A stretch of 64,000 nt of DNA from an uncultured delta proteobacterium (GTDB lineage Bacteria; Myxococcota; Myxococcia; Myxococcales; Myxococcaceae), in NCBI GenBank assembly GCA_963713045.1, contig CAVQKE010000003.1, positions 896,001-960,000 on the forward strand. Reading direction: 5' to 3'. The translations under genes and the position numbers were made by a program. This document shows positions 9,683 through 19,052 of this stretch, piece by piece. Position 1 is the first letter of the stretch. Each line of letters starts with the position of its first letter. The notes beneath the pieces are model-generated. The model made no database searches and was not told where the DNA came from. It saw only the letters and a program-made list of their open reading frames with translations.

Positions 9683-9715
9683 CGCCCGGCGACATTCGAC
9701 GACAGCCGGAGGAGG

Positions 9716-11098
9716 CTACGCCCCTTCGGTGTCGGCCAAACCGTGCTTCGCCAGCCGATAGCGGAAGCTTCGGAAGGTGAGTCCGAGCAGCGACGCAGCG
9801 CGCGTCTTCACCCCCTCCGCTCTGCGGAGGGCTTCCAGCAAATAGCGACGCTCTGCTTCGTCGAGGTACCTCTCTAAAGAAAAGGCCTCGGCAAGTTCCA
9901 GGGCTGGGCCGTCGGGGGTGGGGGGGGCCGCTTCTCCGCGCAGCGCCGCCGGGAGGGTGTCCGGGCCCAGCTGGCTTGCTTCGGCCAATGTCGCCGCACG
10001 TTCGACAATGTTCTGCAGCTGCCGAACGTTGCCTGGGAAGGGGTAGGTCTCCAGCAGATGCAGAGTCTCGGGCGCGAAGCACAACGAGGGGCGCTCCAGC
10101 TCCTCTCGCATCCGGGCGAGGAACGACTCCGCCAGTTCGGGGATGTCCCCCGGCCGCGCGCGCAGGGGCGGCAGTTCAATGGTGATGACGTTCAGCCGGT
10201 AGAAGAGGTCCTCCCGAAAGCGTCCCGCTTTGACGTCCGCTTCGAGCCGCCGGTTGGTCGCCACCACCACCCGCGCATCGAAGGGCACTTCGGCCGCACT
10301 GCCCACCGGTTTGACGGTCCGCTCCTGCAACACCCGCAGCAGCTTCACTTGGGTGCCGGGAACCAGCTCGCCAATCTCATCCAGAAAGACAGTTCCCTCT
10401 CCGGCCGCCACCAGTAGCCCCGTCCGGTCCGTCAGTGCGCCGGTAAAGGCGCCCTTGACGTGTCCGAAAAGTTCCGACTCCAGGACACCCTCGGCAAGCG
10501 CTGCGCAATTGACCGGCAGAAAGGGTTTGCCGGCGCGAGGCCCGGCGAAGTGGATGGCCCGCGCCACCAGCTCCTTGCCGGTCCCACTCTCGCCGGTGAT
10601 GAGGACGGTCGACTTGGAGTTCGCCACTTTGCGCACCAGCGCACGAACGTTTTCCATCGCCGCGCTGTTGCCCACCATCAGCAGGTTGCCGGCGAAGGAC
10701 TCCCGCAGAGCCCGGTTCTCCTCGCGCAGCTCCCGCTTTTCGAGGGCGTTCTGGACGAGAAGGGTCATCTCCTCGTTGTCGAAAGGCTTGCAGATGTAGT
10801 CGTAGGCGCCCGCGCGCATCGCTTCCACGGCGGCCGCCGGCGTACCGAAGGCGGTGATGAGGATGACTTCCGTCCCGAGGGAGTGCTCGCGGACCTCGCG
10901 CAGAACCTGCATTCCGCTGTCGTTCCCGAGGCGCATGTCCGACACCACGAGGTCCGGCGGCTGCTCGGCGAGACGAGCGCGTGCGTCGGACAGGCCGCTG
11001 GCGGTCACCACGTCATAGCCGCGCCGGCGGAACAGCACCTCGAGGTACTGCCGCATCGACAGTTCGTCGTCGACGACGAGGATGCGGGCGCCCTTCAT
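9716..11098 (-). CDS. pilR: Sigma54 response regulator PilR
   Basis: REC domain, GESGTGKE, GAFTGA and the PilR-typical C-terminal LGLTFRSFRYRLAK. Confidence 0.93.
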   Translation of the reverse strand: MKGARILVVDDELSMRQYLEVLFRRRGYDVVTASGLSDARARLAEQPPDLVVSDMRLGNDSGMQVLREVREHSLGTEVILITAFGTPAAAVEAMRAGAYDYICKPFDNEEMTLLVQNALEKRELREENRALRESFAGNLLMVGNSAAMENVRALVRKVANSKSTVLITGESGTGKELVARAIHFAGPRAGKPFLPVNCAALAEGVLESELFGHVKGAFTGALTDRTGLLVAAGEGTVFLDEIGELVPGTQVKLLRVLQERTVKPVGSAAEVPFDARVVVATNRRLEADVKAGRFREDLFYRLNVITIELPPLRARPGDIPELAESFLARMREELERPSLCFAPETLHLLETYPFPGNVRQLQNIVERAATLAEASQLGPDTLPAALRGEAAPPTPDGPALELAEAFSLERYLDEAERRYLLEALRRAEGVKTRAASLLGLTFRSFRYRLAKHGLADTEGA

Positions 11099-12708
11099 GG
11101 AGTGAGCGCTACCACGACTTCCGTCCCCTTGGCTGGCGAGGAGCTGACATGAACCTGGCCACCGTGGGCGCGGACGATGGAGTGGACGGTGGTCAGGCCG
11201 AGGCCCGTCCCCCCCGGCGTCTTACTGAAGAAGGGTTCAAAAATGTGCGGGAGGTCCGTCGAGGAAATGCTGCCGGCCGAGTCCCAGACGTGGATTCGGC
11301 TGGTGTCGCCACTCTTGGAGAAGTAGGCCCTCACCCGGCCGCCGCGCCCAGCCGCCGCGAGCGCGTTTCGTAGAATGTTGAGCAGGACCTGGCGAATTTG
11401 GTTCGGGTCAACGTCGGCCTCGAGCCCGGCGGGCTCGACCTCCACGTGTACCCCGACCGCGAGCGGGTCGGCAGCCAACAGTTCCACCGTTTGGCGGACG
11501 AGCTCGTCCAGGGCGCACCGACGACGAACGGGAGTCGACGGGCGGGCAAAGGCCAAGAAGTCGTCGACCAAGGCGCCCAAGCGGTCTGCTTCCCTTCGCA
11601 GGACCGCCAACAGGCGCCGCGTCTCGCTGTCGCCGCCCTCTGCCAGGAGCTCCGCGGAGCCGCGCATTGCCGCCAGCGGGTTCTTAATTTCGTGAGCCAA
11701 TTCGGCGGAGAGGGCCCCCAACTCAGCCAGCCGGTCTGCCCGGCGAAGCTCCTCCTCAGCGCGGCGCAGCTCGGTCAGGTCCTGGAAAACAATCAGCCGA
11801 GCGCCGGGGGGCGCGTGCAGGGGAACCATGGCGAGGCCGAGGATGCGCACACCAGCGGGAGTCTTGACGGTGAGTTCGGCGCGCGGGCGCCCGGGCTGCG
11901 GGACGGCGAGCGAAAGCACGCCGGGAATGAGGCGGTCTACCGGAACCGGAAGTTCATCGCCGCTGACCTGGAGAATGGTCTCGCCGGCACGATTGACAAA
12001 GGTCGCCTGACCCGCCGAATCGCACGTCAAGAGACCCGACGGCATGGATTCGAGAATCTGCCGTTGGACCTCGGCCATTTCACGGAGGTCGGTCTCGCGT
12101 GCTTTGAGTTTGCGGCCGGTCTGGCTGAGCTGTCGGCTTAAGAAGCCGGCGAGAAAAGCGAGCAGAAACTGGGCCAGCACGTTGCTGGTGATGAGAAAGG
12201 CCAGCCGACCCGCGGGAAGAGTCGTCGAGCCTGCCGGCGACCTCAGCCAACCCTCGCGGAGAAGCCCCACCAAGACGAGGTAGGCGACCGACGTGGCACC
12301 GGCGGCCAGCAGGGTGCCCTTCTGGTCGAGGAGGATGGCCGCCCCCACCACCGCGAGCAAATAGGTGAAGGTGAAGGGGCTGTCGGCGCCGCCGGTGAGA
12401 AACACCAAGGCGCTCGCCAACAGGACGTCGCCGGCGACGTGCGCTACTGCACTGGCCGCCGACGGTCGGGAGCGCCGCAGCCAACCGGCTTGGACCAGCA
12501 CCAGCAGGTACACCGCCCCGCTGACCCAGAGCGACATCATCTCCGGCGAGCCGACCTCTTCGGTGGGGGGCCCGCTGAAGAGGCGGACCGCATTCACCAA
12601 GAGAAGCAGCGTCGCGGCGACGGTGCGAAAGGCGGTAATCCACACCAACCTCGCCCGCAAATCTCCGAAGCCCGGGGCCGATCCCGGCGAGGCGCTACTT
12701 GATGGCAC
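11095..12708 (-). CDS. pilS: Sensor histidine kinase PilS
   Basis: Multi-TM N-terminus with TGGADSPF, PAS domain, AHEIKNPL and HATPase; lies between pilC and pilR. Confidence 0.92.
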   Translation of the reverse strand: MPSSSASPGSAPGFGDLRARLVWITAFRTVAATLLLLVNAVRLFSGPPTEEVGSPEMMSLWVSGAVYLLVLVQAGWLRRSRPSAASAVAHVAGDVLLASALVFLTGGADSPFTFTYLLAVVGAAILLDQKGTLLAAGATSVAYLVLVGLLREGWLRSPAGSTTLPAGRLAFLITSNVLAQFLLAFLAGFLSRQLSQTGRKLKARETDLREMAEVQRQILESMPSGLLTCDSAGQATFVNRAGETILQVSGDELPVPVDRLIPGVLSLAVPQPGRPRAELTVKTPAGVRILGLAMVPLHAPPGARLIVFQDLTELRRAEEELRRADRLAELGALSAELAHEIKNPLAAMRGSAELLAEGGDSETRRLLAVLRREADRLGALVDDFLAFARPSTPVRRRCALDELVRQTVELLAADPLAVGVHVEVEPAGLEADVDPNQIRQVLLNILRNALAAAGRGGRVRAYFSKSGDTSRIHVWDSAGSISSTDLPHIFEPFFSKTPGGTGLGLTTVHSIVRAHGGQVHVSSSPAKGTEVVVALTP

Positions 12709-13939
12709 CGGCGATGGCGAAGATGGGCAAGTACATGGCGATCAGGAAGCCGCCGACGATGCCGCCCAGGAAGACCATCAACAGGGGCTCGATCATCGCT
12801 GTGAGCGAGCCCACCGCGGTGTCCACCTCGTCGTCGTAGAAGTCGGCAATCTTCTGAAGCATGGCGTCCATCGCACCGGTCGCCTCGCCCACCCCAATCA
12901 TTTGCACCACCATCGGCGGAAAGACCTTGGTCTCAAGGAGCGGCCCCGCGATGTTCTTGCCCTCGGAAATCTTGGCCCGGACGTAAAGGATGCCGTCCTC
13001 CACCGTCCGGTTGCCGGCGGTCTTCGCAGTCACGTCCAGGGCGTCCAGAATGGGTACGCCAGAACTAATCATCGTTCCCAGGGTCCGCGTGAAGCGCGCC
13101 ACCGCCACCTTGCGGATGACCGGCCCAACCAGAGGAAGCTGAAGAAGGACTTTGTCGACCAACCGGCGTCCGAAGTTGGAACGGTAGAAAAACCCGAAGG
13201 CAACGACCACCGCGATGATGCCCATCACCATGTAGATGAACCACTTCTGCAGCCACTCCGAGAGGTCAATCACCAATTGCGTCGGGCCAGGAAGCGCCTG
13301 TCCAAAGTCGGAAAACATCTTTGCAAAGACGGGCGTCACTTTGAGCAACAGAAGCGCGGTCACCCCGATCGCGACGGTGATGACGATGATCGGGTAAACC
13401 ATTGCGCCTTTGACCTTGCGCTTCAGTTTTTCCGCCTTCTCGCGATAGGCGCTCAGCCGGTTGAGGATGGTGTCAAGAATGCCGCCCACTTCACCGGCCG
13501 CACAGAGCTGTACGAAGAGTTCGTCAAAGACCTTGGGATGATCCTTCAAGGCATCGGCAAAGGTAGAGCCGGACTCCACTTTGGTCTTGATGGCGAAGAC
13601 CACCTTGCGGAAGGCCCGGTTGTCCATCTGGCTGCCGAGAATGTCGAGGCACTGAACCAGCGGCAGACCCGCGTCGATCATCGTCGCGAACTGCCGGGTG
13701 AAGACGAGGATGTCCTTGCCACCGACCCCGCTGCCCAACTGCGGCAGATGGAGGTCGGCCGGCTTCTTCTTCACCTTGAGGGGAGCGAGCCCAAGGGCCC
13801 GGATGCGGGTCTCGACGGTCGAGCCATCGAGCGCTTCCATCTCGCCCCGCTTTACCTCACCGGTTTTGGTGCGCGCCTGCCAAACCCAGACGCGCGGCTT
13901 CTTCGGCGTGGTCTTCAGGGCTGTCGCGGAGACTGCCAT
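12695..13939 (-). CDS. pilC: Type IV pilus platform protein PilC
   Basis: FTRQFATMIDAGLPL, GEVGG and GEATG GspF repeats; ATG 13939 preferred over TTG 13957. Confidence 0.96.
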   Translation of the reverse strand: MAVSATALKTTPKKPRVWVWQARTKTGEVKRGEMEALDGSTVETRIRALGLAPLKVKKKPADLHLPQLGSGVGGKDILVFTRQFATMIDAGLPLVQCLDILGSQMDNRAFRKVVFAIKTKVESGSTFADALKDHPKVFDELFVQLCAAGEVGGILDTILNRLSAYREKAEKLKRKVKGAMVYPIIVITVAIGVTALLLLKVTPVFAKMFSDFGQALPGPTQLVIDLSEWLQKWFIYMVMGIIAVVVAFGFFYRSNFGRRLVDKVLLQLPLVGPVIRKVAVARFTRTLGTMISSGVPILDALDVTAKTAGNRTVEDGILYVRAKISEGKNIAGPLLETKVFPPMVVQMIGVGEATGAMDAMLQKIADFYDDEVDTAVGSLTAMIEPLLMVFLGGIVGGFLIAMYLPIFAIAGAIK

Positions 13940-13998
13940 ACCTTCACGCACCTCCAACTACGCGCTCAATACTTCAGCTTAGCACCGCGCGCCGGCTT

Positions 13999-15129
13999 TC
14001 AGTACTTGGCGGCCGTGGAGCGGCCGATGGGCTGCGCGGCGTGGCCTGGCAGCGTTCCAGCAACCGCGCCGCTGGTGAGGATGTTGCGCAGCTCTTCACC
14101 GTCTGAGCTGCGCGCGTAGGCCTCTTCCTGGGTGATGAGACGTTTGACCACCAGGCTGGCCAGACTCTGGTTGAAGGTCTGCATCCCGTACTTGGCTTGG
14201 CCCACCTGCATCGAGGAATAAATCTGGTGCACCTTGTCTTCGCGGATGAGGTTTCGGATGGCTGCATTGGGAACCATCACTTCCAACGCCAGGACCCGGC
14301 CGCCTTGGCCCGCCCTCGGGATGAGGGCCTGGCTCATCACGCCCTCGATGACGAAGGACAGCTGGGCGCGCACCTGCGGCTGCTGGAAGGGAGGGAAGAC
14401 GTCGAGAATCCGGTTGATGGTCTGCACACAGCTGTTGGTGTGGAGGGTGCCGAAACAAATGTGGCCCGTCTCAGCGATGACCAGGGCGGCCTCAATGGTC
14501 TCCAGATCTCGCATCTCGCCGACCAGCACCACGTCCGGGTCCTGGCGCAAAATGTACTTCAACGCCGTTTTGAAGCTTCGGGTGTCGGCTCCCACCTCGC
14601 GCTGGTTGACCAGACAATTCTTATGCGGGTGCAGGTACTCGATGGGGTCCTCAATCGTCATGATGTGCTCATGGCGATCGGTGTTGATCTTGTCGATGAT
14701 CGAGGCAAGCGTGGTGCTCTTGCCGGAGCCAGTCGGTCCGGTCACCAGCACCAGTCCCCGTGGCTTCTTGGAGAGTTCCGAGACGACCGGCGGAAGCCCC
14801 AGTTCCTGGAAGCTCAAAATCTTGAAGGGAATGGTCCGGAAGGCCCCGGCCACTGCCCCCCGCTGCATGTAGACGTTGGCCCGGAAGCGGGCCAACTGCT
14901 TGACGCCGAAGGAGAGGTCCAGCTCATTGTCCTCTTCAAATTTTGCCTTCTGCGCGTCGGTCAGCACCGAGTAGCACAGCTGCTTCGTCTCGACCGCGGA
15001 GAGCGGCGCCATTTTGAGCGGGACGAGCTCGCCGTCCACCCGGAGCTGGGGCGGTGAGCCGGTGGTGATGTGGAGGTCGGAGGCTCCCTTGTCCACCATC
15101 GCCTTCAACAATTGATGCAGGTTCGCCAC
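13999..15129 (-). CDS. pilT: Pilus retraction ATPase PilT
   Basis: GASDLH, GPTGSGKST, TIEDPIE, LRQDPD and AIRNLIRE motif. Confidence 0.97.
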   Translation of the reverse strand: MANLHQLLKAMVDKGASDLHITTGSPPQLRVDGELVPLKMAPLSAVETKQLCYSVLTDAQKAKFEEDNELDLSFGVKQLARFRANVYMQRGAVAGAFRTIPFKILSFQELGLPPVVSELSKKPRGLVLVTGPTGSGKSTTLASIIDKINTDRHEHIMTIEDPIEYLHPHKNCLVNQREVGADTRSFKTALKYILRQDPDVVLVGEMRDLETIEAALVIAETGHICFGTLHTNSCVQTINRILDVFPPFQQPQVRAQLSFVIEGVMSQALIPRAGQGGRVLALEVMVPNAAIRNLIREDKVHQIYSSMQVGQAKYGMQTFNQSLASLVVKRLITQEEAYARSSDGEELRNILTSGAVAGTLPGHAAQPIGRSTAAKY

Positions 15130-15145
15130 GCCGCTCGCTCCGTTC

Positions 15146-16846
15146 CTAGAACCTGTCGGGTGCTGTGTTGCCGACCACTTCTTCCAGTGTCGTGACGCCG
15201 GCCATCATCTTGCCCAGAGCGGCTTGCCGCAGGGTCTGCATGCCGAGCCGCATCGCTTCCTGCTTGAGCTCGGCCGCGGAGGCGCCGTTGATGACCAAGT
15301 CCTTGAGGCCGTCCCAGAAGGGCATCACTTCGTAAATGGCCACCCGGCCGCGGTAGCCGCGGTCATTGCAGTCGCGACAGCCCACCGGCTTCTGCAGGGC
15401 GAACGTTCCAATCTTGTCGGGCGGGACGCCAGCGTCGATGAGCGCCTGGTCCTCCACATCCTCCGCCGGGCGCTTGCAGACCGCGCACAGCCGCCGGGCG
15501 AGCCGCTGGGCCAAAATCAAGTTGAGCGACGCGGTCACCAGGAACGGCTCGATGCCCATGTTCAACAGACGACTGACCGTTCCTGGTGCGTCGTTGGTGT
15601 GCAGGGTGGAGAGCACCAGGTGGCCGGTGAGCGCCGCCTTGACGCCGATTTCTGCAGTCTCGAAGTCGCGAATCTCGCCAATCATGATGATGTCCGGGTC
15701 CTGCCGCAAAAAGCTGCGCAGTGCCGAGGCGAAGTTCAGCCCAATGTCGTCGTGCATCTGGACCTGATTGATGCCGGCAAAGTTGAACTCCACTGGGTCC
15801 TCAGCGGTGGAGATGTTGACGTCTGTCTGGTTGAGCGAGCTGAGCGCCGAGTAAAGCGTGGTCGTCTTCCCGGACCCGGTCGGTCCGGTGACCAGCACCA
15901 TCCCATAGGGCCGATCAATGGCCTCTTTGAACCATTTCAACGGCTCGGCGTCGAACCCCAGCTTGGTCATGTCCAGCTGGAGGTTGCCCTTGTCCAAGAG
16001 ACGCAACACCACCTTCTCGCCAAACAGCGTCGGACAGACGCTGACGCGGAAGTCCATCTCCTTGCCGCTGAATTTGATTTTGATGCGGCCATCCTGCGGC
16101 AGGCGCCGCTCGCTGATGTCCAGCTCGGCCATGATTTTCAAGCGGCTGGTGATGGCCATTTTGAGCTTTTGCGGCGGACGCATCACGTCGTACAGCACAC
16201 CGTCGATGCGGAAGCGGACACGGAAGTCCTTCTCATAGGGCTCGACGTGGATGTCCGAGGCCCCCTTGCGGATGGCGTCCATCAGCACCAGGTTGACCAG
16301 CTTGACGACCGGTGCGTCGTCGGCGGCCCGCGCGGCGTCATCGACATCCTCCGAGCCGTCCTTGGCAAGCTCAACGTCGTCCTCGCCCACCGAACCGACA
16401 ATCTCCTCGAGCGAAGGACCCTTCTGAGCGTAGTAGCGCTCGATGGCCTCGCGAATGGAGACCTCTGAGGCGACCACCGCTTCGATGTTGTAGCCGGTGG
16501 TGAACTTGAGGTCATCGACTGCAAAAATATTCGACGGGTCGGCCATCGCGACAATCAACGAGGGGCCGGCCCGGTTGACCGGAATCACAACGTGCTTCTG
16601 GGCAACGTCCTTCTTGACCAGTTTGATGATTTCCGGGTCGATGTCGAAGTCTTTGAGGTTGATCGCCGGAACGCCGTACTGCTTGGACAGAAAGTCGGTG
16701 AGCTTGTGCTCCTCAATCGCCCCGGTCTTGATGAGCGCCGTGCCCATGCGCGAGCCAGACCGCTGCTGCTCTTCCTGGGCCTTCCGGAGCTGCTGGACCG
16801 AAATCAGGTTCTCGCGGACGAGGAGCTCACCGAGCCGACCGGACAT
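15146..16846 (-). CDS. pilB: Pilus extension ATPase PilB with N-terminal MshEN motif
   Basis: RLGELL...RMGTAL MshEN-type repeats, ERRLPQDGR, GPTGSGKTTT and tetracysteine motif. Confidence 0.97.
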   Translation of the reverse strand: MSGRLGELLVRENLISVQQLRKAQEEQQRSGSRMGTALIKTGAIEEHKLTDFLSKQYGVPAINLKDFDIDPEIIKLVKKDVAQKHVVIPVNRAGPSLIVAMADPSNIFAVDDLKFTTGYNIEAVVASEVSIREAIERYYAQKGPSLEEIVGSVGEDDVELAKDGSEDVDDAARAADDAPVVKLVNLVLMDAIRKGASDIHVEPYEKDFRVRFRIDGVLYDVMRPPQKLKMAITSRLKIMAELDISERRLPQDGRIKIKFSGKEMDFRVSVCPTLFGEKVVLRLLDKGNLQLDMTKLGFDAEPLKWFKEAIDRPYGMVLVTGPTGSGKTTTLYSALSSLNQTDVNISTAEDPVEFNFAGINQVQMHDDIGLNFASALRSFLRQDPDIIMIGEIRDFETAEIGVKAALTGHLVLSTLHTNDAPGTVSRLLNMGIEPFLVTASLNLILAQRLARRLCAVCKRPAEDVEDQALIDAGVPPDKIGTFALQKPVGCRDCNDRGYRGRVAIYEVMPFWDGLKDLVINGASAAELKQEAMRLGMQTLRQAALGKMMAGVTTLEEVVGNTAPDRF

Positions 16847-16965
16847 TCCTATGTCCTATCACGGGTGGCCGAATCCCGACCGTTCCCGGAGGCGTGTCAC
16901 GTGGAAGAGGTGTGTGCAGAGGGAAAGAAACGCCCCACCACACTAAGGCCCCAGAAAAAAGGGTG

Positions 16966-17889
16966 TCAACCGCCGGGGGGGCCGACCACCGCACGCGCCG
17001 CCTCCACGTCCAGCCGAATTTGCGCCGCCAGTTCCGATACTGACCCAAATCTCTGCTCCGGACGAAGGCGCTCGAGGAACTCGACTCTCACCGGTTGGCC
17101 GTAGAGGTCACCCGACCAGTCCAGAACGTGCACCTCCAGGGAGACGTCGGTCCCACCGAAGGTGGGCCTGGAGCCCACGTTCGCGGCGCCCCCGCGCCAG
17201 GCTGCCGTCTCTGAGGCACCCAGCCTGACCCGGACGGCGTAGACGCCTGAGCCCGGCTTGATTTCGGCTTCGCTGTGCACGTTGGCGGTGGGCCAGCCGA
17301 GGGTTCTCCCACGGCCGTCCCCGCGGACCACGACGCCGTCCAAGTCAAATGGCCGGCCCAGCAGCGCTCGGGCGGCGGCGACCCGTCCCTCGAGGAGGTA
17401 TTCGCGGATGCGGGAACTCGAGGCCACCACTCCCTCCACCGTCACTGGCTCCACCACGTGCACCTCAGCCGAACGCGTGAAAGCGGCCTGCCGGAGGGTG
17501 GAAACGGTCCCGGACCGGCGGGCGCCGTAGGTGAAGTCCTGCCCCACCACCAAGTGGGCTGCCCGAACTCCGTCCAGCAGCGAGGCCTCGAACGCTGCCG
17601 CGGTGGTGGAGGCGTAGGCCCGGGTGAAGGGCACCACCACGGCCGCTGCTAAGCCGGAGGCGGCGAAGAGCTCGAGCTTTCGACTCAGCGTGGTGATGAG
17701 TTTGGGGGCGAGCTCGGGCTGCAGCACCTTCCCCGGGTGCGGCTCAAAAGTGAGCGCGGCCGAGCGGCCCAGTGAGCCGGCGAGGCGAAACAGGGCCTGA
17801 TGCCCGAGGTGAACGCCGTCGAAGTTGCCCAGCGCCAGGGCGCCGCCGGCCAGTTCGGAGGCATCGGAGAGTCCATGGAAGACCTTCAT
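16966..17889 (-). CDS. ribF: Bifunctional riboflavin kinase/FAD synthetase
   Basis: GNFDGVHLGHQ, SSSRIR, GRTLGWPTAN, RPTF and LEVH. Confidence 0.96.
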   Translation of the reverse strand: MKVFHGLSDASELAGGALALGNFDGVHLGHQALFRLAGSLGRSAALTFEPHPGKVLQPELAPKLITTLSRKLELFAASGLAAAVVVPFTRAYASTTAAAFEASLLDGVRAAHLVVGQDFTYGARRSGTVSTLRQAAFTRSAEVHVVEPVTVEGVVASSSRIREYLLEGRVAAARALLGRPFDLDGVVVRGDGRGRTLGWPTANVHSEAEIKPGSGVYAVRVRLGASETAAWRGGAANVGSRPTFGGTDVSLEVHVLDWSGDLYGQPVRVEFLERLRPEQRFGSVSELAAQIRLDVEAARAVVGPPGG

Positions 17890-17929
17890 CGCGGCCGCCT
17901 GTCTAGCGTATAGGCCATGGATTCTTCCA

Positions 17930-18598
17930 ATGACGCGGGGACCTCACTTGCGGCCGGAGCCAGCCGGCCGCCCCTTCACTGAGTTGCTCAATCCGCCGGA
18001 CTGGACCTCCGTCTTCGGGAGGCCAGGGCCTTTGGAGGTGGAGCTTGGCTCGGGTGCGGGCGGATTCGCACTGGCCTACGCCGCCCTTCATCCGGAGGCG
18101 AATTACGTCGCCATCGAGTGGCGAAAGAAATACGCCCGGGAGGTGGAGTATCGGGCACAGAAGCGCGGACTCCTCAACCTGCGGGTGGTGGAAGCCGACG
18201 CTCGCGCTGTGGTGCCTCGCCTCTTCGCCCGGGCGTCGCTGGCGGCGATCCACTTTCAATTCCCGGACCCGTGGTGGAAGCGGTCGCACCAGAAGCGCCA
18301 ATTGCTTTCCCCTGAATTCGCCTCGCTTCTCTTTACCCTGCTCGCCCCGGGCGGCCTGTTTGACTTGCGGACAGACGTTGAGGACCGGGCCCGGGCAATG
18401 CTCGCCACCTTGGAGGCGGCCGGGTTCACCAACCCGCTGGGGCCCGGCGCCTTCCACCCTGGGGACCCGGCCGAGCCGGTCAGTAGCCGCGAACGGCGCT
18501 ACCTTGCCTCGGGTGAACCGGTCTACCGGGCGCGGCTCACAAAACTCCCTCTTGTGCGGACCCCCGCCTCGGGCGGACCATCCTCCCTCCCGGCATGA
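17930..18598 (+). CDS. trmB: tRNA (guanine-N7)-methyltransferase
   Basis: VELGSGAG, FPDPWWKRSHQKR, RTD; ATG at 17930. Confidence 0.9.
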   Translation: MTRGPHLRPEPAGRPFTELLNPPDWTSVFGRPGPLEVELGSGAGGFALAYAALHPEANYVAIEWRKKYAREVEYRAQKRGLLNLRVVEADARAVVPRLFARASLAAIHFQFPDPWWKRSHQKRQLLSPEFASLLFTLLAPGGLFDLRTDVEDRARAMLATLEAAGFTNPLGPGAFHPGDPAEPVSSRERRYLASGEPVYRARLTKLPLVRTPASGGPSSLPA

Positions 18599-18999
18599 CG
18601 AAGGCCCACCTCCTCGTTTGGCTCGTTTGCTTCGCGGGTTGCCGCCTCGGCGGCGAGGAGACGCCTGAGGCCGCGTACCGTGCCTTCGCCTCGGCTGCCA
18701 ACAAAGGCGATGACACCCTGGCCTTCGCCCGCCTCACCACCGGCAGCCAACAGGCAGTCCACCAACGGCTGGCTCAGCTTTCTGCCGCCAGCGGAGGTTC
18801 GCTGCGGGATGATGCGCCCAGTCTGATGTTTCGCGGCGGACGGGGTTCAACCATCACTGCGGTGCAGGTGTTGAAAAAGGGGCAGGACCGCGCCACGGTG
18901 GCTGTTAGGACCGGGGAGCAAACGCAGGAGGTGACCCTGCGCCGGGAGGGCTCGGAATGGCGAGTCGAACTTCCGCTGGTGCAACGCGCCTCGCCGTAA
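18595..18999 (+). CDS. Small putative lipoprotein (NTF2-like pattern)
   Basis: Lipobox FAG-C; C-terminal ATV...VTLRREGSEWRV pattern; 4-nt overlap with trmB. Confidence 0.65.
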   Translation: MTKAHLLVWLVCFAGCRLGGEETPEAAYRAFASAANKGDDTLAFARLTTGSQQAVHQRLAQLSAASGGSLRDDAPSLMFRGGRGSTITAVQVLKKGQDRATVAVRTGEQTQEVTLRREGSEWRVELPLVQRASP

Positions 19000-19052
19000 A
19001 GGGACGCCGTCCTCGGGAAGCCTTGGATGGGCCGGCAGGTTGTTGAGGGGAC

